Positions 38,316 through 50,400 of a DNA stretch of 64,000 nucleotides are shown in pieces. Below the pieces are notes generated by a model. That model had not been told where the DNA came from, did not search any database, and saw nothing but the letters and a program-made list of their open reading frames with translations. Positions within the stretch are counted from its first letter, which is position 1, and every line of letters starts with the position of its first letter. This DNA comes from Podarcis muralis (taxonomy: Eukaryota): assembly GCF_964188315.1 (NCBI RefSeq), contig NC_135659.1, positions 77,438,001 to 77,502,000 of the forward strand. Direction: 5' to 3'. Made by a program: the position numbers and the translations under genes.

Positions 38316-39839
38316 AATTATATGCTGGTCATTGCATCTTAATATACTTTATTAGGGCACCTCCAGACCGTCAGTGTTTTGAAAAAATAAAATAAAATTA
38401 GGTTACTGGGAAATTTAGGTTTACACCATTAAAGACAGTTTAATTCAAATTTACGCACTCTGTCGCACTAGCACAACAAATTCACTTTATAAAAAAAAGA
38501 ACAGTTAGGAAAAGTGATGGGGGAATGCACTGAAAAGTGTGGAATGAATGAATGACTAATGGGAGGCAAATCAGGATGAATGTTCATTGTTGCATACATC
38601 GTTGTATAATGGGATATAATCTAGCCTCTGCATAGATTTTGTGCAACCACATCAGGACCCGACTCCTAGGACAGGTCATAGGGAAGAGTCCACAGTCACA
38701 TACTGATGCAAATTACTTGTTACACATGGAGACACCGAGATGAAGGGAGGGGCAGATAATCTTCAAGGATGCTCAGATCCATGATAATGAATTAGGAATA
38801 TTATTGTTACAGATGAATTTGGGTCAGTCCTCAGTTTGCCCAAATATTACCTTTTGATTAGGGATATAAGATTCCCCCCTGAGAAAATGCTGTGAATTAC
38901 TGTGGATTTGGGAGGGGGACTTTCCTTGGAACCACTTAACCTGCCGATAATCAGGTTGTGTAGATACAGCTAGGGATATAAGCACTGCAGGGCTCTTGCT
39001 GCTACTCCTATCTATTTTCACCTGATCATTATTACAAGGAAAGCCACTGCAAAGTGGCAGGGACCACTGAGTGCATTAGCATCCAAGCAGGCAGTGTAAA
39101 AAATCAGATCTGATTCTGCCTGTGGAAGATAAATGAGGCAGAGTCCCCAATGCCCAAGATTTGGTCATCTCTTTATGAGTTCTGAAGTACCTATTAGCAG
39201 CTTTGATGAGTGCTGGGGGAGATGAAGTCTACCTTGAACAATGTTAGAGAGCTGAATCAAATCACTTGAAATCTCCCAGAGGGAGAAACAGCCTGAGTTG
39301 GTTATATACACTGCATCCTTTCCTTCTATTGCCTACAAGGATTATATGAACCCTCTGTTGGGGGAGAAAATGGTAAGCACTTTTTCAGCAAAATCTCTCA
39401 AGAATGTACACTCTTATATCTAATAGCTGCTTCCCCTGCAGTTTTATGTACATCTGTAGTCAGTCCCCCCCCCTGCACCTTTCATCTCCATCTTGTTTCT
39501 TTACCTTGATTTTATATGGCTGTGACACCTGCAAGAAAAAGGCAGATGGATAAGAGTTTCTCACATCGATTTATGTGGCATCAGCAACTGCAAAATAAAA
39601 AACCTGTTTTCAACACCATGCTATCTTTTTTAAAAAAAATATTTCTTTCTTGGCTGGGTTGCAACGTTGCCTTTGGTGAATGAGTCGTGTCAAACATTTC
39701 CCACATGCAACAAACCATGATTTTGCATGCCGCCACAAAGTTTCCTGATGCAATTTCAGTGGTGCCGTGGAGAAGACTGGTTTGTGCTGCGGTGAATGAA
39801 TCAGATAACCAGGGTGCCATGTGGTAGGTAAATGTTTGA

Positions 39840-40030
39840 GAAAGGGGTGGGGAACCTTTTTCAGCCAGAGTGATGGGTGGGACCAGAGGCAGAACTAGGC
39901 AGAGCAATGAATGGAGAGGTTACCTTTGTACAGTGGGCTAGTTTCTACATACACCTGCACAACCCTCTCTAGTCCTCCATCCAAGTAAGGAAAAGGCATT
40001 GTCAGAGTTCAAGAATCCATACCAGATGAG
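39840..40030. mobile_element. Internally deleted hAT-like MITE fragment
   Basis: GGGGTGGGGAACCTTTTTCAGCC end motif followed by GGGTGGGACCAGAGGCAG; diverged. Confidence 0.4.
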
Positions 40031-40330
40031 CAAAAACATGAAAGAAAAGTGCAAAGCAAGTCCAATGAGGAATGTGGACCAGGGATGGAGCGTCCTGAAG
40101 AAAGTCCAGAGGATGAGACAGAGAGGCTTGTAGACAACGTTTGGGTCCTAGGCTTGAGGTTCCCCATCTCTGCTCTGGGTTCTTATCATCATGATGTCTA
40201 CATTATGGGTTTAACAACAAAGTCTCTATACAGCATGCATTCCTAGCATATTACTGTTGGACTTTTGAGCCAACACAGAGTGTGTGCAGTGACTAGGGCG
40301 AAGAAATAAAAGGCTGTCCACAATATCTTT

Positions 40331-40543
40331 AAAACAAAAAAAAAATTCCTTCCAGTAGCACCTTAAAGACCAACTAAGTTAGTTCTTGGTATGAGCTTTC
40401 GTGTGCATGCACACTTCTTCAGATACCTTCAGATGCACACGAAAGCTCATACCAAGAACTAACTTAGTTGGTCTTTAAGGTGCTACTGGAAGGAATTTTT
40501 TTTGTTTTGACTATGGCAGACCAACACGGCTACCTATCTGTAA
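40331..40543 (+). mobile_element. Penelope-like element terminal fragment with inverted duplication (family A)
   Basis: 71-bp perfect inverted arms 40338-40408 / 40433-40503; perfect 13-bp TSD CCACAATATCTTT (40318-40330, 40544-40556); hammerhead motif inside. Confidence 0.8.
40388..40427 (-). ncRNA. Minimal type I hammerhead ribozyme motif
   Basis: GGUAU-CUGAAGA-A-GUGUGCAUGCACAC-GAAA-GCUC-AUACC: 5-bp stem I, catalytic core, palindromic stem II, palindromic AGCU stem III; activity untested. Confidence 0.7.
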
Positions 40544-40634
40544 CCACAATATCTTTGTTTAGTTTTATTTTCAAAAACATAACAGCCAAACACTGCAAGC
40601 CATCACTCCTTCTCAACAGCAGCATAAAAAAAAT

Positions 40635-40989
40635 AAAGGGACACTTAACCATTAGGTCCTGTCGCAGACGACTCTGGGGTTGCAGTGCTCATCTCATTTT
40701 ACTGGCCGAGGGAGCCGGCGTTTGTCCACAGACAGCTTCCGGGTCATGTGGCCGGCATGACTAAACCACTTCTGGCGAACAAGAGCAGCGCATGAAAATG
40801 CCATTTACCTTCCCACCAGAGTGGTACCTATTTATCTACTTGCACTTTGACATGCTTTAGAACTGCTAGGTTGGCAGGAGCAGGGACCGAACAACGGGAC
40901 CTCAACCCATCGCAGGGATTTGAACCGCTGACCTTCTGATCGGCAAGCCCTAGGCTCTGTGGTTTAGACCACAGCACCACCCGCGTCCC
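40635..40989 (-). mobile_element. Sauria SINE, full length
   Basis: Reverse complement starts GGGGACGCGGGTGGTGCTGTGGTCTAAACC; colinear with the other copies. Confidence 0.95.
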
Positions 40990-41006
40990 CTCACCAGCAG
41001 CATATA

Positions 41007-41248
41007 CAGTGGTAACTCGGGTTAAGTACTTAATTCGTTCCGGAGGTCTGTACTTAACCTGAAACTGTTCTTAACCTGAAGCAACACTTTAGCTAATGGG
41101 GCCTCCTGCTGCTACCGTGCCGCCGGAGCACAATTTCTGTTCTCATCCTGAAGCAAAGTTCTTAACCCAAGGTAATATTTCTGGGTTAGCGGAGTCTGTA
41201 ACCTGAAGTGTATGTAACATGAAGCATATGTAACCCGAGGTACCACTG
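41007..41248. mobile_element. Tigger-like MITE, subfamily a (opposite orientation to 10273 and 33437)
   Basis: CAGTGGTAACTCGGGTTA / TAACCCGAGGTACCACTG, TA flanks. Confidence 0.92.
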
Positions 41249-42916
41249 TAAAACTTTTAATCAACTTAAATACAGTTTTCAAATAATCAATTATCCTATC
41301 ACATCCCTTCCTGCATCTGGTACAAAAAGTAAACTCCCCTTTTAATTAGTTAAACAGTCAAGAGACCACAGGTGTGCAGATAAGTAGGTCAAACTGTGAG
41401 CTTCAATTGATGAACCCCATTCCTGCGTAGAATCATTGACCACTTAAAGAAAAACCAACAATTGCACCATTAAAAAAAACCTAATTCTGGGCTACCGAAA
41501 AGCAGAGTGTATCCATTTTCCTTCCTTTTAATATTTGATGGCATGCATGTGCTTCTAATAATTTGGGGATATGATTAAGACAAATTAAAATCTTTCTTAA
41601 ATGCTTAACAATGGGAATGCAAGATCTCTAGAACTTGGTCCGCCACTTAGCACAGCCTTGTGCAACATCCTTTGCGAGTTGTTTAACTACCCCTTTCATT
41701 ATTTCCAGGCAGATCCTATCATAGCAAAAGGACAGTCGTGTGGAAAGCACCGACCTTTGACCAGAAAGAAAAAGGAGAAGAAAACATGAGGAGAGGGTGT
41801 AAGATTTTGTGCCTTGTATAGGGGAGCAAATACGCACTTTGTTAAAACAATTAGGAATCATGAAACATTCTTCTTGATTAAGAGTCTCCTTAGCCTGTGT
41901 TGGAAACCTAGGACAACACCCAGTTGAGGTTGTCCCAAACCCCAGGGCTGGCTTCTAGCTCTCCTGTCTATTATGCCCAAAGCATGGTGGGGTGGGGCAA
42001 TCTAGGGTTCTTCTTTTTTCTTTTCTTTTTCCCCATGTGTAATCATTCTTAGACAGTTGTCACGGAATTGGGATAAAAGTTGACTGTTGCAAATTCTCAG
42101 AAGTATAGTGACTTTTCCAGAAAGCAGAAATGTTTTCTGTTTCCCAGGAATGTCTTCTGTGAATCTCTTTCCCCATAGTGTAACCGAAACACTGCCACAT
42201 CATAAGGCTAATTTACAGTAAGCTGAAGATGTAGAACTAAGAGAGAACGGACACTGAACAGTGAGCAATTACTTCAGGAGCAATTACTCTAATTTTGTTC
42301 AACAAGAAGCAGAAGTTTGTCAAGAACGAGCCTTGTGTCTTGTAGAGATTTCATTAGGCTTTTGCCTCAGGGACCTCGGAAGTGAAGGTCAAAGTATAAA
42401 ACTAAGGCATGGAAGTTTCAGTCAAGATCTTTTAGGACCTTTTCACAATATCAGACTCAATAAGTTTTCAAATATCTGATATATTAACAGAGCACTCCAC
42501 AGAACGTTTACTCAGAAGTACAACACTTTGTGTTCTTTGGTGTTTACTTCCTAATAAGTATGTTTAGGACTACTGCCATAAAATCTTTTTTACACTCTTC
42601 CAAGCTATTTGCGAGCACAAGCTATTTATGAGTATGTAAATATAGTGAATGTATCCATATCTGAACTTAAGGTTTATTTCTAGCCATTCTAGAAACAGCT
42701 TAGTGCATCACTAATCTTGTTGGATTCTGCACTGATTTTCAGCTTGGGGATTAAACACTTAGATGCTTGTTGTTTTAAACCTAGCAGTCTCCTTCTTGTT
42801 TGAAGTATGCAATCATCTGAACTTGGTACTCAAGGCATTCCTACAGCTCACAGAAATAAATGTCCTACTAAATTGTTTCCGTAGAATTGGGCCTGCTAGA
42901 TGGAAGCCATCTCAGA

Positions 42917-43319
42917 TAGGAATGGGGTAGTTTGCATTTAAAGCAAAATTGCATAATTTGCACGGTCTAAACAATATTAGAACCAAAACAGCTATCCTTC
43001 AAAATTTGCACTTCTCCAAATTTTACAATGCAGTTCTCCAACCAAGCAATGTGTTCAACAATGCATATACTTAGAGCACACATGTGCATATATTAGTGGG
43101 GGAAAACATATTCAGAGAAAAGAATTTGCAAAAATGAGGATATTAGGAAAAATAGCATACAAGGTTGTGTATATTAGGAGACATTCACACTAATATATTG
43201 ATGAATATTCATGTGGATGCCTTTTTAATGCAAAAAGATTTGGAAATGTGGAGAACTGAATTTAAGATTGGAAAAATGAGAAAGGGGGGGACTGGAATTG
43301 TCAAGTCTGGCTATCCCTA
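42917..43319 (+). mobile_element. hAT-type non-autonomous element (TAGGGATGGG family), near full length
   Basis: TAGGAATGGGG...CTATCCCTA ends; 8-bp flanks ATCTCAGA/ATCTCATG; internal ATATTAGG repeats. Confidence 0.75.
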
Positions 43320-43464
43320 ATCTCATGAAACAGAAACTGGCGGGAGCAAGAGGTCGTGAGCCGTTGGAAGATGGAGCTGTGTGTTCCACACAACCTGCCC
43401 TGCACCCTATAAGCTATGCAACAGCCCTCAAATTCAGTTAATTCCGCTGTCCCATTTCAGCATC

Positions 43465-44014
43465 TTGATCAAGGGAAGTAGTCGTACCCCTCTATTTTGC
43501 CTTGGTCATACCACAACTGGAGTACTGTGTCCAATTCTGGGGACCACAGTTTAAGAAGGATATTGCCAAGCCGGAACGTGTGCAGAGTAGGGTGACCAAG
43601 GTCATCAAGCATCTGGAAACCAAGGTTGAGGGAGGTTAGGTATTATTTTGCCAGCAAAAGAGGAGACTGAGAGGCAATATGATAGCCATCTTCAGATTTT
43701 CAAAAGATTGTCCCATGGAAGATGGAGCAAACTTTGTTTTCTTGTGCTTTGGAGGCTAGGACCTGAACCACTGGCTTCGAGTAACAAGAAATGAGATTCC
43801 AACTAAACATCAAAAAGAACTTTCTGACCCTAAGAGCTATTCAACAGTGGAATGGTCTCTCTTGGGAGATGGTGAACTCTCCTTACTTGGAGGTTTCTAA
43901 GCAGAGGTTGGCTTGTCATCTGTCATGGATGTTTTAATTGAGATCCTGCACTGAAAGGGGTTAGACTAGATAATCCTTGGGGTATCTTCCAATTCCACAA
44001 TTCTGTGATTCTAT
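43465..44014 (+). mobile_element. CR1 LINE 3' fragment (~550 bp), degenerate
   Basis: [29 protein letters not shown]; ATTCTGTGATTCTAT tail; same family as the 6071 copy. Confidence 0.92.
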
Positions 44015-45440
44015 TGACTGTTTCAAAGTATTCAGCTGCCAACCTTGTCAGCTTCCATGCACAGAAAGGAGAGGTGCCATCTTGTCTTTAATTTCTGACA
44101 GCAAAATGTCCTGGGCTGATTCTAGTTATCAGACTATCATGTATAGAATCACTTGGAAGAGTTTTATATTGATCTGTACTCTGCCTTTCCCAGTTCCCAT
44201 CTTCTTCCCATGTAGTTGATGATGGTGATGTATGGAGAGATTGAAGGGAACTATTATCTGAAAAACACTACAGTTCCTTCTCTATTAGTCTTCACATAAA
44301 TTCATATGTTATGTGTCCTTGTTAATCTGTAATCTATTCACAGCTTTCTTCTATACCGGTGTTCCTAACTGGTTGAAGAATCAAATTTTCAAGGAGATTC
44401 TAGTGTTTAATTTTCCAATATGATGCAATAGCATAGTGGGTGTGTTTTAGGAGTCAAAAAACCTGGTGCTGTTCTGCATCCACCCCTAAGTGTGTGGCTG
44501 ATGGCTACTTTAAAACATTCCCCGTCCCCACTTGGCAGTGCAAGCCAATGCAAAATTCATACGGAGGTCATTTTTGATGCTGTTGAGTGATCCAAATGGA
44601 ACTTTTTCAACAAAAAAGGGGGGATCCCAGTGAAAAGGGAGGAAGGAAACTTTTAAAATTTGAGATGTGGGGAGCTCTCTGTAAACATTTCTAGATCCTC
44701 TTCTGCCCTCTCTAAGATCTATTAAGCTGCATATGTAATATGTTTATAAATATGGTTGTCCATTGTTATTCATAGGCACTCATGGAAATATAACCCTCAT
44801 GGGCACATGACAGAGAGTTCAAAATAAATGACTATTTGTCTTACAAAATGTGATTGTCATGCAAATCAGGGAGAAGCTTATATATGCTAAACTTGACTAG
44901 GACATGTACATCACACTACCCTGAATCAGCACAATAAATTATTCTGTCTCCCACATTTTGTTTTTTGCATTTCATCCTTCTTTCCCAACTTTCAACCCAG
45001 AGTGAGGGCAATAGTCCTGGAACAGTCAGTGCATTGTCTTGGGACCTGACTTAATCCACTGGAGTCCCTGCAGGACACTAGAGCTGTGTTAAGTGGGCTT
45101 CAAAGGCAGGAGGCAGAATGAGGTGTGACAGGAAACCAGCTCCTTCTAACTGGTTCACTTCAGGCTAGCTTTAAATAAATTGCAGCTCTGAGCTGCTTCG
45201 ACATTGACAAGAGAGCTGTGATATTTGCAGCTTTGCTACAGAAAATTGTGGCCTTTTGTGACAAGAGCCGGAGAACACAGATATATTTCGAGGTAGGAGG
45301 GGCTGTGCCAAAAATCTGGAGCGTGCAATTCACCCACAATTTCAAAAAGTCACAAAGCAGGCTCAAAATTCTGAACTCAGGTTTAATTCTCTTTGGGGAA
45401 GGTGATGTTATGTGATGTTATGTGATTTCTGCCTTGAATG

Positions 45441-45843
45441 GGGATGGGGAGAAATTAGATTCACATTGCATTTAAAGGTGAGTCTACCTAATTCAGGTTT
45501 CTGAAACAATGCATGAACTGAAATGCAGCCATCTGTCAAAAGTTGCATTTTCACTAATTTTTCGGTGCAGTTCTCCAGCCAAGTACAAAAATGCAAATAT
45601 TAGGGCAAAAATGCATTTATTTGTGAAAGCAGCATATGAACATGTCTATATTAGACAAAATTCCTTACAAATGTGTGTGGGTGGGTGTTGAGAAATAGTA
45701 AGAGAAATTCACACTAAAGTGCAGGCAAGTATTCATTAGGATTGTTTTTTAAATTGCAAGCTGATGTGGCAATGTAGAAAAGTGAAGACTGGAAAAATGG
45801 GAAACTGGGAGAAACTGAACTTGATAAATTTGCATGTCTCTAG
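45441..45843 (+). mobile_element. hAT-type TAGGGATGGG-family copy
   Basis: GGGATGGGGAGAAATTAGATTCAC...AAGACTGGAAAAATGGGAAACTG, colinear with 42917. Confidence 0.7.
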
Positions 45844-46140
45844 CAGCATTGTGACAATATTCATATATATTAGGGGCAATTAGTATAAAGTAATGGGATT
45901 CCTGAAGATTATATACCAGGTTCATTATATTAAAAAAAAGAAAACCCCTTTCCAATTTTGATCCCCAAATTTCTTACATTACCATCATTTTGTTCCAAAT
46001 TAATTATAATAGTAATGGTTATAATAGTAAAGCAGTGATGCAGTCAAGTGAAACAACCATCTCAAAGTTTCTTAAGTCTATCAAGGGCTATTAGTCGTGA
46101 TGGATATGTATTACTTCTCGTATTGGTGGCGGTGTGTCTC

Positions 46141-46294
46141 TGAATGCCTGCTGTTGGGGTTCACTAGTGAGGAAGTGCTACTCTGCTCACATCCCACGGG
46201 GACTTCCAAGGACCTTTGGTTGGCCATCATGAGAACAGAATGCTAGACTACACGAAGCTTTAGTCTGATCCAGAAGGGCTCTTCTCATTTCCTA
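46141..46294 (+). mobile_element. CR1-type 3' UTR fragment
   Basis: GGTTGGCCATCATGAGAACAGAATGCTAGACTA...CTGATCCAGAAGGGCTCTTC. Confidence 0.55.
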
Positions 46295-46749
46295 ACCTTT
46301 CATGGAGGGAACATTTTCTAGAATTAAAATAGTATAATTTGCAAATACTCTCTTATCTTAGCTTTTGGAAAAGAGATAAGAGTCATTCAGGGAAAGTCTT
46401 ATCACTTCATCTATAGCTGTTGACAGGTACTTAAAAATGTCTGGTTTTCTTTTGTCACAATAAGGGATGGGTAGACCGACGTGCTTCTGCTTTGAAAAGT
46501 TTGGCATGGCCCCAGGTTGCTTCTTTTGCTTTTCTTTAGTTTTCAAGACTTTATTATGAAGTTAAAATAACAATTGAGTAAGAAATATTAAATAAAGTAA
46601 ACAAAAGAGGATGAAAAACTTTACAACACCCCCTCCCCCCAAAAAACAGGGTTTACATGCATGACTTTGTTTCATATGTATGAATTGGTTTCATGCCATA
46701 ATGTATTTATGTTTATGCTTTTAAATGTAACTCACTTGGAGACCATTTA

Positions 46750-47118
46750 AAGGTAAAGGGACCCCTGACAATTCAGTCCAGTCGCAAATGACTCTGGGGT
46801 TGCGGTGCTCATCTTGCTTTATAGGCCGAGGGAGCCAGCGTTTGTTCGCTTCTGCAGATAGTTTTTTCTGGGTCATGTGGCCAGCATGACTAAGCTGCTT
46901 CTGGCAAAGCCAGAGCAGCACACAGAAATGCCGTTTACCTTTCTGCTAGAGCACTACCTATTTATCTACTTGCACTGTGTGCTTTCGAACTGCTAGTTTG
47001 GCAGGAGCTGGGACCGAACAACGGGAGCTCACCCTGTCACGGGGATTCAAACCACCAACCTTTCAATCGGCAAGCCCAAGCGGCACTGTGGCTTAACCCA
47101 CAGCGCCACCCACGTCCT
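46750..47118 (-). mobile_element. Sauria SINE with 15-bp TSD
   Basis: Full colinear copy; TSD CTTGGAGACCATTTA (46735-46749) / CTTGAAGACCATTTA (47119-47133). Confidence 0.95.
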
Positions 47119-47160
47119 CTTGAAGACCATTTAGGTAATTCTAAATAATAATCATCCTGA

Positions 47161-47308
47161 TAGTGGAAGGTGGTAGACTCTCCTTAACTGGAAGTTTTTT
47201 AATGGTGGTTTGATGGCCATCTGTCAGGGATTCTTCAACTGTGATTTCTGCATTGCAGACTAGATGACCCTTTGTGTATCTTCCAACCCTACAATTCTAT
47301 GATTCTAT
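47161..47308 (+). mobile_element. CR1 3' terminal fragment
   Basis: GGTAGACTCTCCTT...GACTAGATGACCC...TTCCAACCCTACAATTCTATGATTCTAT. Confidence 0.8.
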
Positions 47309-47339
47309 CATCATCATCATCTTATTATTATTATTATTA

Positions 47340-47477
47340 TTATATAGCCAGTATTGTCATTATATGCTCAAACCGTCTTGCCCCTGTGAGCAACCTGGCT
47401 GCTGAATTCTGCATCAGCTGAGGTTCCTGAAATGTCTTGAGAGGCAGCCCCACATATAACACATTGCAGCAATCTAA
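47340..47477 (-). mobile_element. L2 LINE RT C-terminal fragment
   Basis: LDCCNVLYVGLPLKTFQEPQLMQNSAARLLTGARRFEHIMTIL matches the L2 LDYCN...QNAAARLLT...EHITPIL pattern. Confidence 0.85.
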
Positions 47478-47546
47478 TACTTTGTGGGGTTGGTGCTTTC
47501 CACACTTCTTGCAGTAAATCCTGAGGGTTTGGGGGACACCTGTCAT
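47478..47546 (-). pseudogene. RPL36A: Ribosomal protein L36a (eL42) processed pseudogene fragment, codons 1-23
   Basis: [23 protein letters not shown] versus vertebrate [23 protein letters not shown] (17/23 identical, last 12 exact); Kozak-like GGCAAGATG. Confidence 0.85.
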
Positions 47547-49806
47547 CTTGCCTGCATCAGTGACATCCAGAGAAAAAGCACCTTGGTTTTCTTTTTCATC
47601 TTCATACCATCCTCTGTTTTGAGCATCTGCAACATTTTCCATCTGGAAGGAATTTCCACCCAAGTTGAAGCTGCTCAGAAGAAGAAGAAAAAGCAAGCCA
47701 CCTCCACATTACCATTCACCCCCATCTTCTGAAATTGGCAATGACATCATGAGCACGGTAGGTCTAAAACGACGACGGGGAGCCTGTGGACCTCCAAGGG
47801 TTATAGAAGTAATAACTCCCATTCCCCTGGCAATTGGTCATGCTGTCAGAGGCCAATGTGAGTTGGAGTCCAACCATATGTGGAGAGCCACAGATTTCCC
47901 CTCCCTGGTCTACAGTCTAAGTAACAAATAGAGAAGGCCCAGCCTTCTAAGCTTACACTGTTGGCTGTCCCTGGAGTACGCACAGGCATTTCTCCAGCCA
48001 AAACCACTCTCCAATTTAGCTGACCCTTTATAAATGCTATGAAACCCACTATAAAAACCAGCCTAGTTAAAATTAGACCCGAGCACACAAAGGCCTTGGG
48101 GTACAGGAAAGAAATAATGTAAATAAACAAATACTATGGGGAAAAAATACAAACCTCACAGTGAGGGTTCCTATCTCATCTGTCGCTGGAGATGTGGCTG
48201 CATGCAGGACATCCGCTGTTCTTCCCATCACTCCCTAAAGTCTCCTACATATAGGTCTTTGTTAGCAAGGCTATGACTCAGAAAGACCATAAGTGATGTA
48301 AAGCCACAGCAGACTCCAACCCCAAACCCGCACTGTTTAGAGAAAACATGGCGAGGAGGGGTTAGGCTTACCAAAAACTGGCATTCGAGCAAAGCACACT
48401 TCCTGCTTGGCTAGACATGTTGTGTGAAAAGTTCAAGAGCCATGAGAGATGGGCAGAGATCTTTTAATGCAGACACAAGAAGCAGATTTTGCGTGATAAA
48501 TGGCTGTGAATTGGGTCTGGTTACACTAATGTGCTGTACTAAATGATAATTGGAGACCTGGAAAAACTACATTAACTTATCCCTGAATCCTAATGAAAGC
48601 ATATTAAGACAAATAATCAGTGAAACTGACAAGATTCATAACTGAGCTCAGGAAGGGCTTTCTTTAATGTGAAATCAGTGTTCCCTCTTTCTGTGATTGA
48701 TGGCCATCTCTTAAAGGTGTTGTCTGGAGTCCAGGGCCAGCTGTTTTATCTCCCATCCCCCCCCCCCCCCAGGAAGGACTGAGGCTATCTTCACTGTATC
48801 ATAAGTGAGCTTCCAGATCAGTGTGGGACATGGATGTTTTGTAATGTGGAAACAAGTACATCCTTAAAGAGGTATTCCTTCCTGCATATATATGGGGGAA
48901 GGACTTGAAAACAAACTTAGTGCACAGCTGCTAGAGCTTCTATATTCCATCCAGGACAGAACTTCAGTCTTGTGAAAAATTCTGCAGCCTGGCAAATTAC
49001 TGCAGGTGCCTCCTCCCCCACCACCACTGCCGCCACCGCCAACCCCTGCCATGTAGCATGCTAGTGGGTGGAATTTCACCTCTGAAACCTCTTCCTTAGA
49101 GCTATTAAAGCTGAGAGAAGAGGGGAGCTTGGGACCAAATGTAGCCCTCCATGTCTATTTATCTGGCTCTTGGGACTCTGCCCAGGCCACATACCCTCCC
49201 CAACCACTCCCATGTCCATTTTACCCCATACTTTCTCTGCTTTGTTCCCTTCTTGGGTGTTTTTACCTGGCTGACATTTGTCTCTGAACCCAGGTTATTC
49301 TTTTTGCATGCCTGGCTGTAGGACTGAAGGGCTGTGCGAATGTGTGTCCAAAGCTAGCATTCACATTTGTTGCCTTCTCCATTTTTGCCATTGGCACGGA
49401 GTCCCTGGAAGATTGCCCAGGAGAGGATGCATCCCATGGGCTTCAAAAGTTTCCCTACCCCCGTCTTAAAGGAACAGAAGCTACATGTCTGGTATGAAAC
49501 ACGGGTAACCTAAAGTTTTTTTAAAAATCAAAAAATCAATCCTTTGCATGGATCAACTTCATCCTTATGAACAAGGGAGACAGGAAATCACAAATGCTTG
49601 AAAACATATTTCCTTTCAGGTGGCAGTGGGGGAAGTCTACCAGCTTCCTCCTCAAAAGTCAACACTGTGGAGGAAATAATGATCCCACAGTCAACAGAAA
49701 TCATGGAGCTAGTGAATAAATTAACCTCATCTGGATCAACATCGTTCAGCAGTATGAGCCTGTTCTGCTGGCAGGACAATGTTATCAGAAAATTCAAATC
49801 CTAAAG

Positions 49807-49944
49807 CAGGCTTCCTCAAACTCGACCCTCCAGATGTTTTTGGCCTATAACTCCCATGATCCCTAGCTAGCAGGACCAGTGGTCAGGGATTATGGGGATT
49901 GTAGTCCCAAAACATCTGGAGACTGCCGAGTTTGAGGAAGCCTG
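49807..49944. mobile_element. hAT MITE (138 bp)
   Basis: TIRs CAGGCTTCCTCAAA / TTTGAGGAAGCCTG; 8-bp TSD TCCTAAAG/CCCTAAAG. Confidence 0.92.
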
Positions 49945-49957
49945 CCCTAAAGGATCG

Positions 49958-50400
49958 TTTATTTATTTGAAATATTTTTATTCCACCTTTTGATCTAAAA
50001 AAGCCCAGAAGGCCTGTAACACGTTTTTTTAAAAAAGCAACTGCAGCAGCACAATATCACAAAGGAAACAAGTGACAGTTAAACAAGGATAGCCAATAAT
50101 CTTAAAAGAAAAAAGTCTAGCAATTAATAGCCACACAAAACCTACTGGGAAATTCACCATTAATCAATTAACCCCAAAGCCCTCTGGAACTGAACAGTTG
50201 TAACTTGTCATCTAAAAGCTAACAGATGACAGAGGAAACTGAGGAAATTTGGCGGAGCAAGGAACAGGATTCAGCCAGAAGGGCCAGATCCTTGGCTCCC
50301 TTACTGCTTGTGGGCCACTGTAACAGGAGGGTGGGGCCACCTACCTCTCAATCACCTGAAGTTGTGGTGAGATCAGGTATTCCATTGTTCTTATGCAGTG
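49958..50400 (-). mobile_element. L2 LINE 3' region, diverged
   Basis: TTTATTTATTT...ATTCCACCTTT tail and downstream L2-like UTR/ORF remnant. Confidence 0.5.

Noticed and set aside
47478-47546. RPL36A segment as an exon of the functional gene
   Set aside because: Six substitutions in a normally near-invariant protein, truncation at codon 23 into L2, and no downstream exons
2827-48770. Scattered G/C homopolymer runs of 10-14 nt as G-quadruplex elements
   Set aside because: Isolated runs are common in squamate genomes and their lengths are assembly-sensitive; no clustered pattern
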